From Guillardia theta CCMP2712 (lineage: Eukaryota; Protista; Cryptophyta): 64,000 nucleotides of DNA. Shown piece after piece: positions 12,769 to 24,513 of the stretch. The notes under the pieces were generated by a model. It saw only the letters and a program-made list of their open reading frames with translations. It searched no databases and was not told the origin of the DNA. A program made the translations under genes and the position numbers. Positions within the stretch are counted from its first letter, which is position 1. Each line of letters opens with the position of its first letter. The stretch spans positions 200,595 through 264,594 of the forward strand of contig NW_005434628.1 of the NCBI RefSeq assembly GCF_000315625.1, written 5' to 3'.

Positions 12769-14197
12769 TACGAGGACCTGCTAGTCTCAGGAAGGTAGGG
12801 ACGAGAACAGCAGGAACGAGGAAACTAGGAGGCAGGGGGAGACTGGAGGACGAGGAGGAGGCAGCCAACTGAAGGGCTTCACTAGGCCATCCTCACAAAG
12901 GCAGAGCAGCGACTTGCACTCGAAGGAGGGCACAAAGACGCGCCAGAGCTACGAGCAGGTCGAACTCGATGGTGATGGTGTTGGCGGTGATGAGGAGGAG
13001 CAGGAGGGAGGTACCACAAGCAGCCCGGGGAATATGCCATGCACAAGTTTGCCTACTACCTTTGCTATAAGTGCAAGCAGCCCTACTTCGGAGGGCACAG
13101 GAGCTGCGAGGTCGCTGCTGGAGTAGGCGAGGAGCGGGTATCGTCGCGTCCTCCTGCTGTCTCCTCCCTCCATCTTATCTTTTCCCTTCAAGGCTCCTCC
13201 TACCTCTATTTCCTCCTTCTTCACGCCTGACCCCCCTTGTCCTCTCCTTGCCCTGATCCCCTTCATTCTATTAACGAGAATTGAAGCAATTCGACGAGCG
13301 AGAGAAAATCTGCGGGGGATGCTCAGCTATGGGAGCAGCCGCATGTCCCAAGCATGGAACCGAAGCGATCGAGTACAAGTGCAAGGTCAGCAAGAGACCC
13401 TGCTCCCCTCCCGTACTTTTATCCCTTCCTCCTCCTCCCTCCTCCTCCCTCCTCCGTTCCCCTCAGTCCTCTTTCGATCCTGACGCCTAAACTTGCAGTT
13501 CTGCTGCTCTGTCGCCTCGTGGTTTTGCTGGGGCACAACACACTTCTGTGACTCTTGTCACCGCAAGCAGGTAAGGAGGAGAGAGAGCGTCAGCCGCTCC
13601 TTCCTCCTCCTCCTCCTCCTCTTCCTCCTCCTCCTCCTCCTCCTCCTCTTCCTCCATCCCTACTCCTCTTCCTCCATCCCTACTCCTCTCCCTCCCTCCC
13701 TGGATCTTTCACTTGCTCGCTGGTTTGACCGTCTGCTCATGATGAGCACAGGGTACAGCCGAGTCGATGAGCAGGAAGGCGCAAAAGGATCTGCCGACGT
13801 AATGAGCGTGCGAGTCTTGCGAACGAAAGATTGACTTGAACATGCCGCAGTTGTACCCCGAAGACCTGCCCTCTCCGTATCCCTCATCCAAAGTACTCTC
13901 TTCCTCCTCCTTCCCCCTTCCTTCCTCCCTCTCCTCCTCCGCTTCCAGCCTCCCTCTCTCCCTCTCTCCCTCTCTCCCTCTCTCCCTCTCTCCCTCTCTC
14001 CCTCTCTCCCTCTCTCCCTCGTATCAACAACACAATCTACACGTCCTCGTCCTCATTCATCCTGCTCATCCATCTCTGTCTTGCTGCTTGTCGCACGTCC
14101 TTTCCCTCTCATGCCTCCAATCATTTGCATTCTAAACAGGAATGGAACGGAATTCGTCCTTGGTTGTCAGATCTGTCGATCCGAATCCTTCTGCTGA
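9811..14197 (+). CDS. E3 ubiquitin ligase: N-terminal RING and IBR-like zinc fingers plus MYCBP2/Highwire/RPM-1-type RING-Cys-relay (RCR) C-terminal module
   Basis: Spliced exons give CSICWVEELRCAPCIRLECGH|VFHYSC...WSGVRITFGFLECPLCK, YAMHKFAYYLCYKCKQPYFGGHRSCE, CPKHGTEAIEYKCK|FCCSVASWFCWGTTHFCDSCH and CPLRIPHP..NGTEFVLGCQICRS (TGA 14195-14197). This order is colinear with the MYCBP2 C-terminus as I recall it. Confidence 0.9.
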
Positions 14198-14418
14198 AGA
14201 CTGGAGATACAAGTAGGAGCAGGTGCGGGGCTGGAGGAGGAGGAGGAGGAGGAGGAGGAGTGTACGTTGTTGGCAGTGAAGATATTGTAATATCAGCAGC
14301 AATCTGCGCAATTTGTGCCTTCATTGAGATGATTTTAATGTTCGTGCAAGGGTCATCTCAGGTCTTGGGGCCGCCAACCAGCATAGACTACAAGGGACTC
14401 TGAGGGGACGGGAGCATC

Positions 14419-14988
14419 TCAGCAGTCTGTGGACTGTTTCTTGAGGATGAACGCGCTCTGAATCGCCTCCTTCTCAGCGCTGGACGTCGCAGCATCTCGG
14501 GCAAGCACGTCCACCAGATCATGGAACGCCTCCCCGCATGCCGTGAGGGGGTCGATGGAGGTCAGAAGACCTTGCGGAGCAAGCTTGTTCTGCTTCCAGC
14601 ATGGCAGGCAGTTGTCAAGGGGCTGAGAAGTCACTGTCGCACGTTGTTGCCCTTTCCTTGCTGCATTGAGGGCTACAGGACGAGTTCTGTCAGCTCCGCT
14701 CCCCGTGTCTTCCCCCTGCTCGTTCTCAGAATGCTGCAATCGGATTTTCGTGGCTTGCTCGACCCTGGGCAGAGGCCGACGATCGAAACTGATCGCATGC
14801 TGCTTCGCAAGCCTAGCTGAGATCCTCCGCTCCTCCACGTCCTTCTCCTCCCTCGTTCTGAGCACTTCGTTCACTCGCTCCTGCGCTGTATTCAGAAAGA
14901 GAAGATGGGCGAAGAGAAGAAAAGCTACAAGAGCAAGGAGGGCGGGATGCGACAGGGAAAAGGAGAGGAAAAGGAGAGGAAAAGGTAT

Positions 14989-15026
<38 letters not shown>

Positions 15027-15322
15027 AAAATGTGGAGAGACAGAGAGGGAAGGCAGGAAGGGAAGCGAGGAGAGGGAACGGGGTACAGGAGGAACGGAGC
15101 AATGGAAGAGGAGCAGACCTGCATGTCCAGGAACAAGAGGCTCGCGGTAAATTGTTTCCTCCTCACGCGCTTGTCGTCCTCGGGCCCAAAATCGTAGAAA
15201 GGGATCCCAGAGCCAGGAAACCACGGGAAAGTGTTGAAGACATTTCGCTTCCTTTTCCTGTCCTCACACTGTCGACAGACTGAATGCTCCATGGTCGGGG
15301 AAGCCCGTCTTTCTCCAGACAT
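14419..15322 (-). CDS. Two-exon hypothetical protein
   Basis: Exon 1 ...FPWFPGSGIPFYDFGPEDDKRVRRKQFTASLLFLDMQ, then a pyrimidine-rich GT-AG intron, then exon 2 ERVNEVLRTREEKDVEERR...KKQSTDC*. Confidence 0.55.
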
Positions 15323-15772
15323 TGTTACACCCGTTTACAGGTACTATTCCTTCGATCTCGTTGTACAAGCAGAAGTTGTTAGGTAATCTGCGAAGTAACC
15401 GTCATCATGGCATCACAATAAATCAACACGTTTCTAGTTCTGGTGATCGGAATGTCAATTCACGATTTCTTAGCCCCCTGATTTTTTCTTGCAGAAGAAA
15501 GACAAGAAAGCATCACAGCAGTGTGCAACGAATCAAAAGTCAGGACATTCAAGTCAAAGATGCAATGTTAGCTTGAATGTGAGGGCGATGAATGCAAGGT
15601 TAAGGAAGTAAATGTACGAAAGCTTTCGTGGCTGCATTGGAACACGGGAGTCAAGGTCAGGACACAGAGGAGGAGGAGGAAGATAGACAATGGTAGGTGG
15701 TAAGTAAGATTCATCGGATTCTAGTCAGTAACAAACGAGGACGACGCGATAAAAAGCCTGTGGAGGACGAGA

Positions 15773-15817
<45 letters not shown>

Positions 15818-15859
15818 TGAGCAGGATGACAATCATGCGATGCATTATGAGTACGGGGC

Positions 15860-16900
15860 CGGGGGAAACGTGGGGGTAGGGGTAGCATTGACATGGGTGG
15901 GAGATCGTGGCGAAAGAGACCCTAGGGTGTAGCTCTGCAAGGGTGAATCCTAACCCGTGTTGACATGTGGATTTTACAGTATAAATCTATGGTAGGGTGA
16001 TATTTTGGAGGGGTCAATCAGGAAAATTTCTTTTCTTATAGGTAGGGGTCATATATCCCACCCCTCACATCGGCCTCGTGTTTGATCATCCAGCGGACGG
16101 ATCGGCCTAACAAAATCCCATCATAATAATGCTTTATGGGGGGTGGGGGTACTAATATACCCCTCCATTTTACATGAAATGGTTGTTTTATGTAGGGTAT
16201 GGTGGTTGAAAGAGAACAGGAGGTAGGGTGATCTTCGAGAGATCCCGATCCTTGGAGATACGAAAAATACTTCCACTAGTGTTTAGCATAGGGTAGGGTA
16301 CATACAGTACCCGTCCTTTCAAATGTTTGAAATGGGGTACGAGGGGGGGGTGTAAAGTCACAACCGGGGTGCTCCTACTTGGGTACCAATGATGAAAAGA
16401 ACTCTTTTCGGCTACAAAACGGTGCACAGCCTCGGACAATGTGACCTGCAATGTGACTCTGTTTTGAGCGGGGATGCGGGGCGCCCCGCCTTCAAGGCTC
16501 AGTGGCCCGGGCACGGTTAAGTCACTGAGGGAAGGCCAACGGGCGCGCGGCCGATCGGACCAGGCCGCCCCGACACGGCCCGGAGTCGCGGGCCGTGTGC
16601 CGCAGTGCCGCTGTGCACAGTTCCGAAGTTCCGTACCGTCCGAGTCGCCCGGCTCTTTACACGGTCACCGTCGCCGGGGCGGCCACGACTCACAGTCAGT
16701 CACCCCGGACTGGGGCGGATATGATAGCCAGTGGCATGATCGGACCGGGTGCCCGGCGGCACGCCGGGCGGCCGGCCCGCCGGGACGTCGGACCGTACCG
16801 GGGTACTACGGTATGCTGGCACGCCGACTCGGAAACGCCGGCGGCCGCGGCCGGGCCGCGCGTCACGGCCGTGCCGCAGTGCCACCATCGGACCTGAATC
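15860..16900. promoter_or_regulatory. Divergent intergenic region: GGGTA/TACCC-rich tract (~15860-16390) plus CCGG-rich GC island (~16470-16895)
   Basis: Lies between the starts of a minus-strand gene (15322) and RhoGDI (17301). The motif clustering is visible directly; the regulatory role is inferred from position only. Confidence 0.4.
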
Positions 16901-17300
16901 GATTCAATCATCAATTTTGTTGAGTCTAATCGATTCAATTCACACCAAAATGACAGAAGGCTACAGGCTACGAGTAGACAACAGTATGGCATGAGGGAGA
17001 GGCGGAGGTAGAGTAAGCTGCACAGGAGAGAAATGTAGTAGTCGTGTCTTCTCTGACGAGTTTGCATGAGAAGGAGAGGACAGATACCCTGGTGCGATCA
17101 TCTTGGCAACTCCGCAAACCACATTGCAACGTCTAGTGCCCTGCAAGACAACAGCTCCTGCTCCCATCATCACGGACTTTGTTTGCTGTGTTGTAAAGCA
17201 TGACACTTAGTGAGAAAATATCACATTCTTCAGCAAATTTTGCGCATGCAAGACTTTCGTCCGATCTGTGCGTTATCCTCTGAAGTTTGGTCCCAGGATC

Positions 17301-18481
17301 ATGAGCCAACGAGGAGCACCTCCGCCGCTTCCTGCGAAGCCAGCCCATCTGACAGGAGCGGTACATGGATGTACTGCGAACTCAGCAACATTGCCTCTCA
17401 CTCTTGGCTTCAGGCGTCCAACGAAGATGACGATGACAAGCCCAACGATGGGTCCGTCTTCTTCTGCCTGACCATCGAATGACTGGCAGGTGTAACAGGT
17501 ACAAAGTGCCCGAGAAGGTGGGAGTGCAAGAGCTGCTGGCCAAGGACCAGAATGACGAGTCTCTCCGGAGGTACAAGGAGCAGGTGCAGCGATCTTGGGT
17601 GCTCCCTTGCCCGGTCATGGTCGTTGACTAGTCCTTCAGCTTCTGGGAGCAGCTGCCAAAGGTCAGCTGGCCGTCGACCCCAACGACAAGCGCAGAGTTG
17701 TGATCACAGAACTCAAGGTACGTGAGGAGAGCAGCAGAGGAGATCGAGTTCATCTCAAAGTTCTGTTAGATCCTCTTCGAGGATCGACCTGGAGGCGACA
17801 TCACATACACCCTCAACACGCCACAGGACGTCAAGGCCATGAAGTCGAAGCCATTCGTGCGTCTCCTCTCGTCCCAGCCTGCCGTGCTGCTAAAACCTGC
17901 GTGAAGGTCTTGAAGGAGAAGTGCAACTACAAGATACAGATATCCTTCCGCGTCCAGGTGTAGCGTCTGGGTTGTCCACTGCCCAGCTGCTGATCGTGTT
18001 CCGCAGCACGAGATTGTTTCAGGTTTGAAGTACATCAACAAGGTCCGATCATCAAAGTCTTGAGTCGACATCTTCTGGTGGAGTTGAAGTCATGAGCAGG
18101 TGTACAAGGCAGGATTGAGATTGCGGAAGGACGAGGAGATGCTCGGGAGGCAAGAGGTATCCCCTGGTTATGTAGGTGACTGAAGCTTTCTTCACGACAG
18201 CTATGCTCCCCAACCACAACCCTACGTCGTGACCATCCCTAGACAAGTCGACCTCTTGTTTGCCCCTGGCCGGTGAGCTGACGTCAAACTTTCCAGACTT
18301 GGGAAGAGGCTCCGTCCGGATGGTTCGCTCGCGGGGGGTTTACGGCGAACTCTTCGTTCGCAGATGATGACGGGGTGAGTCAACTTCCAGGCAGTCTTGC
18401 GTGCTCTGAGCTTCATGGCCACGTCAGGTCAAGCACTTGGAGTACGAGTACGCTTTCGAGATCAAGTCTGGCTGGAGTTGA
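17301..18481 (+). CDS. RhoGDI: Rho GDP-dissociation inhibitor (RhoGDI)
   Basis: Spliced: YKVPEKVGVQELLAKDQNDESLRRYKEQLLG...VLKEKCNYKIQISFRVQHEIVSGLKY...EMLGSYAP...WEEAPSGWFARG...FADDDG.KHLEYEYAFEIKSGWS*. Confidence 0.95.
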
Positions 18482-18721
18482 AGGTGGGAAAACTCCCTCA
18501 GGTTCAGGGTACTATCTTGGTTGAGCGCCGCTGGACGCGGATACAGTTTTCCTTTAAAGCGTGTTTACAACAAGACACAAGAATATTCTCATCATCTCTA
18601 AAAACAAAGAGTTCAAAAACTTGCCCAGTTCTTTGGGTAGATCGTTTAAGAGTGTTCCAATGGGAAAACTGACACCAAGACAAAACTGTTTGGCGTAATG
18701 CGCCAAGAAGGAGAAGGAGGA

Positions 18722-19030
18722 TTACATTGTCAACGGAGGAGCTGCATACGAGGCATCATTGTACCTGAATGATTGTAAGTACAGCACAGCGCGTTGATAG
18801 AGGACAGCGAGAAAACAAAGGCTGAAGGAGGGGAGGGCAACGGCGACAAACTTACTCGACGTTCTCCAAGATCTTTTGAAGGCAGTGCTTCTGCTCCATC
18901 TCAGTGGTGAAATGAGACACACAGAAGTCCAGGGCTTGACGCTTCTGCCTCTGGATCTGTTCGTCTACCATCACACCTCCTTCGCGCTGCATTCATCTAC
19001 CTCTTCCTCGGGTAGCCACAGGATGGGGAA
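18722..19030 (-). CDS. Small hypothetical protein (3' exons)
   Basis: MVDEQIQRQKRQALDFCVSHFTTEMEQKHCLQKILENVE|YNDASYAAPPLTM* joined by a clean GT-AG intron; the start is uncertain. Confidence 0.35.
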
Positions 19031-19535
19031 CCCTGACATGCTGGTCGCTGCGTCTGATTTTGCGGCCGACCGTCATGTCAGAAGAAACCAAGTGCGAGAA
19101 TGAGTGAAGGAAAGCTTACCTGACTGAAGACTCTCCAACTCACGCAACAGTTGAAAAACCTTGCAGACGAGCATGTCACTTTGAATTCATGGCTTTACAG
19201 GACAAACAGGGCAGTACGATAAACAGGGTCGATTTCACACATGACAACAACTCTGACATTGCATATCCTTCTTCTCTTCTCAATACAAACATCGATCATC
19301 CTCCTCGTCCGCTCTTTCTCTCCTCCTCCTCCTCCTCCCCTCCCAGTCCCCTCCGGAACACATCGCGACCATACCATCTTTTTCCGGGTAGGTTTTACAA
19401 GGATGCTCCCTTCGAGGTACCCGTACAATTACCTTTCTTTACAGGGGTACTTGAAAGAACAAAAACAAAACCGAAAAAAAGTCAGAGAGAAGCTTCCTTG
19501 ACTCTACTAGGCTACTACGCTGCTCTCGAATGACT

Positions 19536-19571
<36 letters not shown>

Positions 19572-19702
19572 GCTCTACTCCGCCTTGTCCCGCAGTCGTC
19601 ACCCCACTCCCTACGGGAGGAGATGAAGCATTGATAGAACGGCAGGAGAGCAGCGTTGAGGCCATCAGGAACACTGGCTCCTAGTGAGCCCACACATCGA
19701 GC

Positions 19703-21962
19703 ATGTCAGGACAAGATCATGATCAAGATTCAAGGAGGGAGGGAGGGAGGAGGAGCGCAGCGACTTCAGAACCTTCCCTTCACCGCAGGAACGTGTCAAG
19801 AGCGGTCAAGCGCCCGACGGCATGGTACCCGCCGAGGGACTCAGACTTGAGCAGGTGAGGAGAGGTTTCAAGCGTGAGCTCGGCAACACTTGACATGCTG
19901 GCAGAGGAGACGTGTTCAAACTTCGGAGGCGGGCTGTGGAGGAGTATGCGGTAAGGGCCAGTAGAGGGCCGGGCTCCTTATGAAGCGATGCATGCAGCGT
20001 TACATCGGGATGAACCTCCGGCTCGACAAAGGCTTGTTGTGAGGACGGTTCTGACATGGATCGGGCTGATGGGTGACCTCTTGTCTGCAAGGTGGCTGGC
20101 AGAGGAGGGACTATATGCCGACCTGCCTGAAGGATACAAGGAGATGAAGGACTTCACCGGGAACCCTTATTACTATAACGAGACGACCAAGACCGCCTCT
20201 TGGGAGCATCCCCTCGACGATGTGTACAGGTGGGGACGTGGATGCTGCTTTCGCGCATGTGAGACAGCGGGTTGTGGATGACAGGAAGAAGTACGCCAGC
20301 ATGCGCTCTCTTCATGATTCTGCTGATCCGCTAGTTGGAAAACTCCGCCAGCGGTGAGAAATTTGTGCCTTCCACTCGCAGAGGACAAATATGACACGTC
20401 ACAAGGATGAATTCGAGGAGTTCGGAGCCTAGCACGGGCCCCAAGAGGCCATCGCCAATGAAGACTTACTTGCGATGGCTGCTCCTCAGCATGGCAGCCT
20501 GTTGCTTCTTCGCACTCCTCTACCTCCTCTCCAAGTTCTCGCTATGCATGTCGAGGCGATTCAGATGGGAAGGATCGCTGCTGTACCAGGTGCCTCAACT
20601 TGTTCCTACCGCGAGCTGAAGTATTTGAACCAAGACAGCCGCGTGCTTTGGGTCCAGAGAGGCGCTGGCCAAGTCGGGTGAGGATGGGAAGAGCGAGGAC
20701 GACAGGATCTCATCTGACTTGGATTGGAGGGTTGTCGTTCTATCGCGGGAAGAATGGCATTCCTAAGAATGCAAGTTTGGCGTTCGAGTGGTTTATGGTA
20801 CGTGTCCTGCTCCACCTCCTCCTCCCCCAGCCTCCACCACCTCCTCTCCCCTCCTCTTCCGCTTCCTCTCCCTCCCTCAGAGCAACACACTCTCCTCCGC
20901 TTCTTTCGTATTTCCTCCTCCTCACTTCCGATCCATGCAGGAAGGAGCAGCTGTAGCTGATGCAATCTGCCAGAGGATGGCTGGTATCTTGCTGATGAAC
21001 GGTCTTGACCTAGGAGGAGGAGGATGGGGTTGTGAGAGAAGGGCAGGCGATGGAGTTGAAAGGGATATCGAGAGATCACGGCAGTTGCTACATGCTGCAG
21101 CTCAGAGCGATGACATATCTGCCATGGCTTACCTTGGGTGAGTCAAGAGGTGTTGGAGACCGCTTCTTGTCTTCCGCCTCCTCCTCCTTCTTCCCCCTCC
21201 TTTGGGGCATATTCCTCTTTCTCCATCTCCTCCCCCATCTTCCTCCTCCCTCCCTTCCCCTTTCCCCTTGTGCACTCCCTTCTCCCTTTCCCTCTCCTTC
21301 CTGTTTCTTTCCTTCTCATGCTTTCCTCACAGCTTCATGTATTACACAGTGAAGGAGTATCAGAATTTTGAGGTGAGGGTACAACATGTGCCGACGTCTC
21401 CTCATTCTGCTTTCATCCTGCAGTCTGCTGTTCTCTGGACGAAGAAATCAGCAGAGCGAGGAGACCTGACAGGCATGTTCACGTATGCCATCATGTTCGC
21501 AGAGGGAAAAGCGCTGACAAGGTACTTTCCTGGGAACCCTTCCTCTCCCTTCCTCTCCCTTCCTCCCCCTTCCTCCCCCTTCCTCTCCCATTTCTCCCAT
21601 GCTTCCTTCGCCTCTCATCTCCCTTCCGTCAAATAACGACGAGCTCATGTTCACTTGTGCTTGTCAGGGATCTCAGTCGGGCATGCGAATGGCTCCTTCT
21701 TGTGGACAAGTCGGCACTTCCTCCTCCTCCTCCTCCATCCTCCCCCTGACTCTGCTGCCTCTCCAGGCATGGCAGTTCTGATCCTTCCATCGCAAACAAG
21801 GCCAAAGTCTATCTCTCCATGCTGCAGAGCTCGATTCCCCCCCACGAGGTACTCCCGCTGCCCTCCCTGCCCCCTCTGTGGCTGACGCCTGGCTGCAAGC
21901 TGGAAAGGATAAGGAGGAAGGTGGAAAGATTCTCCCTGGTCAAGCAGGATGACTTCCTGTAG
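19703..21962 (+). CDS. CEP164-like WW-domain protein with a hydrophobic (TM-like) segment and Sel1-like repeats
   Basis: Spliced VEEYARYIGMNLRLDKGLLWLAEEGLYADLPEGYKEMKDFTGNPYYYNETTKTASWEHPLDDVYR (CEP164 N-terminal/WW pattern); WLLLSMAACCFFALLYLLSKF; Sel1-type segments (GLSFYRGKNGIPKNASLAFEWF; GDGVERDIERSRQLLHAAAQSDDISAMAYLG; SAERGDLTGMFTYAIMFAEG); TAG 21960-21962. Confidence 0.75.
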
Positions 21963-21965
21963 AGT

Positions 21966-22659
21966 TCAGCTCGAGCTCGCTGCAACAAGCTCGAGCTCGC
22001 AGATTAGACCAGCGTTAGCGGGGATGAACGGGTAGAGGCCCTGCGGCGTGCGAGGCCGTCAGGGAGGAGGAGGAGGATGGGGAAGTGATCTTCAGACCTT
22101 GGTTCCATACGCGAGGTCTGGAGTGATCTGGAGCATGTAAAATCACAACAAGACTAGCAAGTCAGAACAATGCTTCTCCACCATCACTCGCGCCTTGCTC
22201 CCGACCCTGAGCTCCAGGATCGCCATCTCAAGGCCTCCAAGGAGAGTCTCAGATCCTTGCGGGACAGGGCAGGAGCACCTTGGATGACGCTGCCGCATCC
22301 CATGCAGAACCGGAAGGGCTCTCCTCCTAGGTCCGAGTCCTCCCCGCCTGTATCGCCGACGAGGGTGCCTGTATTAAGTCAGACAGCACAAGTTGCGGGC
22401 CATGCAGACCGTCGAGTAGCATGAGCTTGTATCGGATGGAGACCTGGAACAGTTGTCGGTGGGAAGGAGGAAGGGGAGGGAGGAGGATGTACGAAGTCGT
22501 TTGGACGAGGCTGCTCTCCGTGCCCCTCCTGCAAGATCTCCGTCTTGATGCCCTGCGGTCACTCGTTCAATGCTGCAGCCGACACGACATGGATGGAGGG
22601 AGGGAGAGAAGGAGGAGAGAGGGCAAGGGGGGTGAAAGAAGAGGAAGGGGGTGTACCAT
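21966..22659 (-). CDS. FKBP-type peptidyl-prolyl cis-trans isomerase (FKBP12-like, divergent); absent from the ORF track
   Basis: Spliced: M|GIKTEILQEGHGEQPRPNDF|VSIRYKLMLLD|GTLVGDTGGEDSDLGGEPFRFCMGCGSVIQ|GLEMAILELRVGSKARVM|ITPDLAYGTK|GLYPFIPANAGLICELELVAASSS*. The first coding exon is the ATG only. Confidence 0.9.
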
Positions 22660-22994
22660 GATGGGATTTCTATCCAGTCAGTCCAGTCAGAATGCGCCGT
22701 AGTTCCTTTACCTTTGAAATAACACCGGTAAGGAACCACCACCTCCCCGAGGGAATCGACTCCTTCACTACTCCACCATCTCTCCCTCTCCTCCTCCTCC
22801 TCCTCCTCCTTCCCCCCCTTCTCCCCCTGCTCCTCCTCCCCCTCCTCCCTTCGTTCCTATCGTTCCACTACCCATGGAATAAACCCAGTTCAAAATCCTC
22901 TATATGATTTTTTGGTAGGACCGAAAATGGTCGGGGTGGGGACTTGGCAGAGGGGAGGGGGCAGGGGGAAGGAGATGGAGAGAGAAGATGAGAG

Positions 22995-24481
22995 ATGGGG
23001 AGATTGATCTTGAAGAGATATCGACTCTATCCCCTCCTCCTCCTGCTCCTGCTCCTCCTCCTCCTCCTGCCCAGTGATGCTGCAGAATGCTGGGAAACTT
23101 GCGATGTGTCCGCATACACTGGGATGACTCCGCTACAAACTTCGGCCATGGCAGCCGCTTCATCGCCATGGTTGCATGCCCTCGGTCTCCGAGGAGGAGG
23201 CATAGATGGCATATTGACGGATGACAACGACTATGCATTCTTCAAGCAGAAGTTCAAAAAGAAAGATCAGAAAGCGAGGAAAGCGATTGAGCGAAAGGGG
23301 GGCAGGGACGTTCGGGTCTTCAGGGACGAGGACTACGTCAAGTACGCCATGTCATCTCCTGATGCAACTGATGGCTCCACCTGTCCGTCCCCGCTCTCTC
23401 CACCTACTGTGCCTGACTAGCTGCCATGCGTCCTACCAACATGACAACACAACAACACAAGAACACATCGCGACTTGTCTGTTCCTTGTCATGAAATCAC
23501 CTCATCCTCCTCTCAGCGATCATCTTTGACTTGCTTGCTGCAGGAAGAAAGCGAAGGCTTCGCCGGATCTCAAGAGGCTGGAGAGCATGCAGGAGCAGAG
23601 GCGAGCCTTCTTCTTGAAGCAGTTACAAGTCACGAGCAGCGATGACCTGCACAAACTCCTCTGGGAGGTCTCGTACCCCTCCTTCCCTCTCTCCTCCAAC
23701 TTCACCCTTCGCTCTGCTCCTCCCTTCCTCTTCCTCACATCTTGCGACTCTTCTCCCCTCCTTCCCCCCTTCTTCGCCACTGACTCCCTCGCTTATCATA
23801 CCTGAATCAAACACCACTCACTCTGCTCTCTCTCCCTCCTCCTCGCACCTTCTGGATCTCCTCCTTGCTCCTCGCTTCCTCTCTTATCCTCCCACAGGCT
23901 GTAGAACTTGGGCAGGATCTTCTCGTGCGGCAGAGCGTGCAGGCAGGAGCAGACGTGAACACTCGATACTCTACGGTAGCCCAGTCCTCTCTTCCGCGCT
24001 CGACCTGACGACGTTGTAAGATTCCAGGAGACTGGGCAGGCTTTGACATGACCAACATCAACGCTACTGTCCTCCACGTTGCTGCCCGGAATAACTACTC
24101 GAGCATCGTTGAGTTCCTGTGAAGACGCGCAGTTTTTGCTTGTAGTGACGTGTGACGTTGGTTCCTGTCAGGATCGAGAAAGGAGCAGATATCAATGCGC
24201 AGACTCGGTTTGGGATGACCCCGCTTATGACGGCCGCCCACAGGTAGGTGATGGTGCGAGTAACATGCTGGAGAAGGCAGGGAGTCAGGGAGCAGAGAGA
24301 AAAGAAGTAGGAGGGAGGGGAGGGGAGGAATGGAGTGGAAAGAGAAGAGGAGAGAGGAGGGTTGGATAGGTTGTTGATCTGTTTTGCAGAGGGTCTACGA
24401 ATGCTGCCATTGCTCTAGTGCAAGCAGGAGCTGATCTCTGGGTCAAAGACACTCGGTGATCCTCCTGCTTCCTCCTCCTCC

Positions 24482-24513
<32 letters not shown>

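Noticed and set aside
15860-16390. GGGTA tracts as interstitial telomere repeats
   Set aside because: The words are non-tandem, in mixed orientation and have no fixed unit.
16474-17067. Arg/Gly/Pro-rich ORFs over the GC island (also 8504-8806, 9230-9568 and 53432-53620)
   Set aside because: Stop-poor because of extreme GC content; open in several frames with no domain signal.
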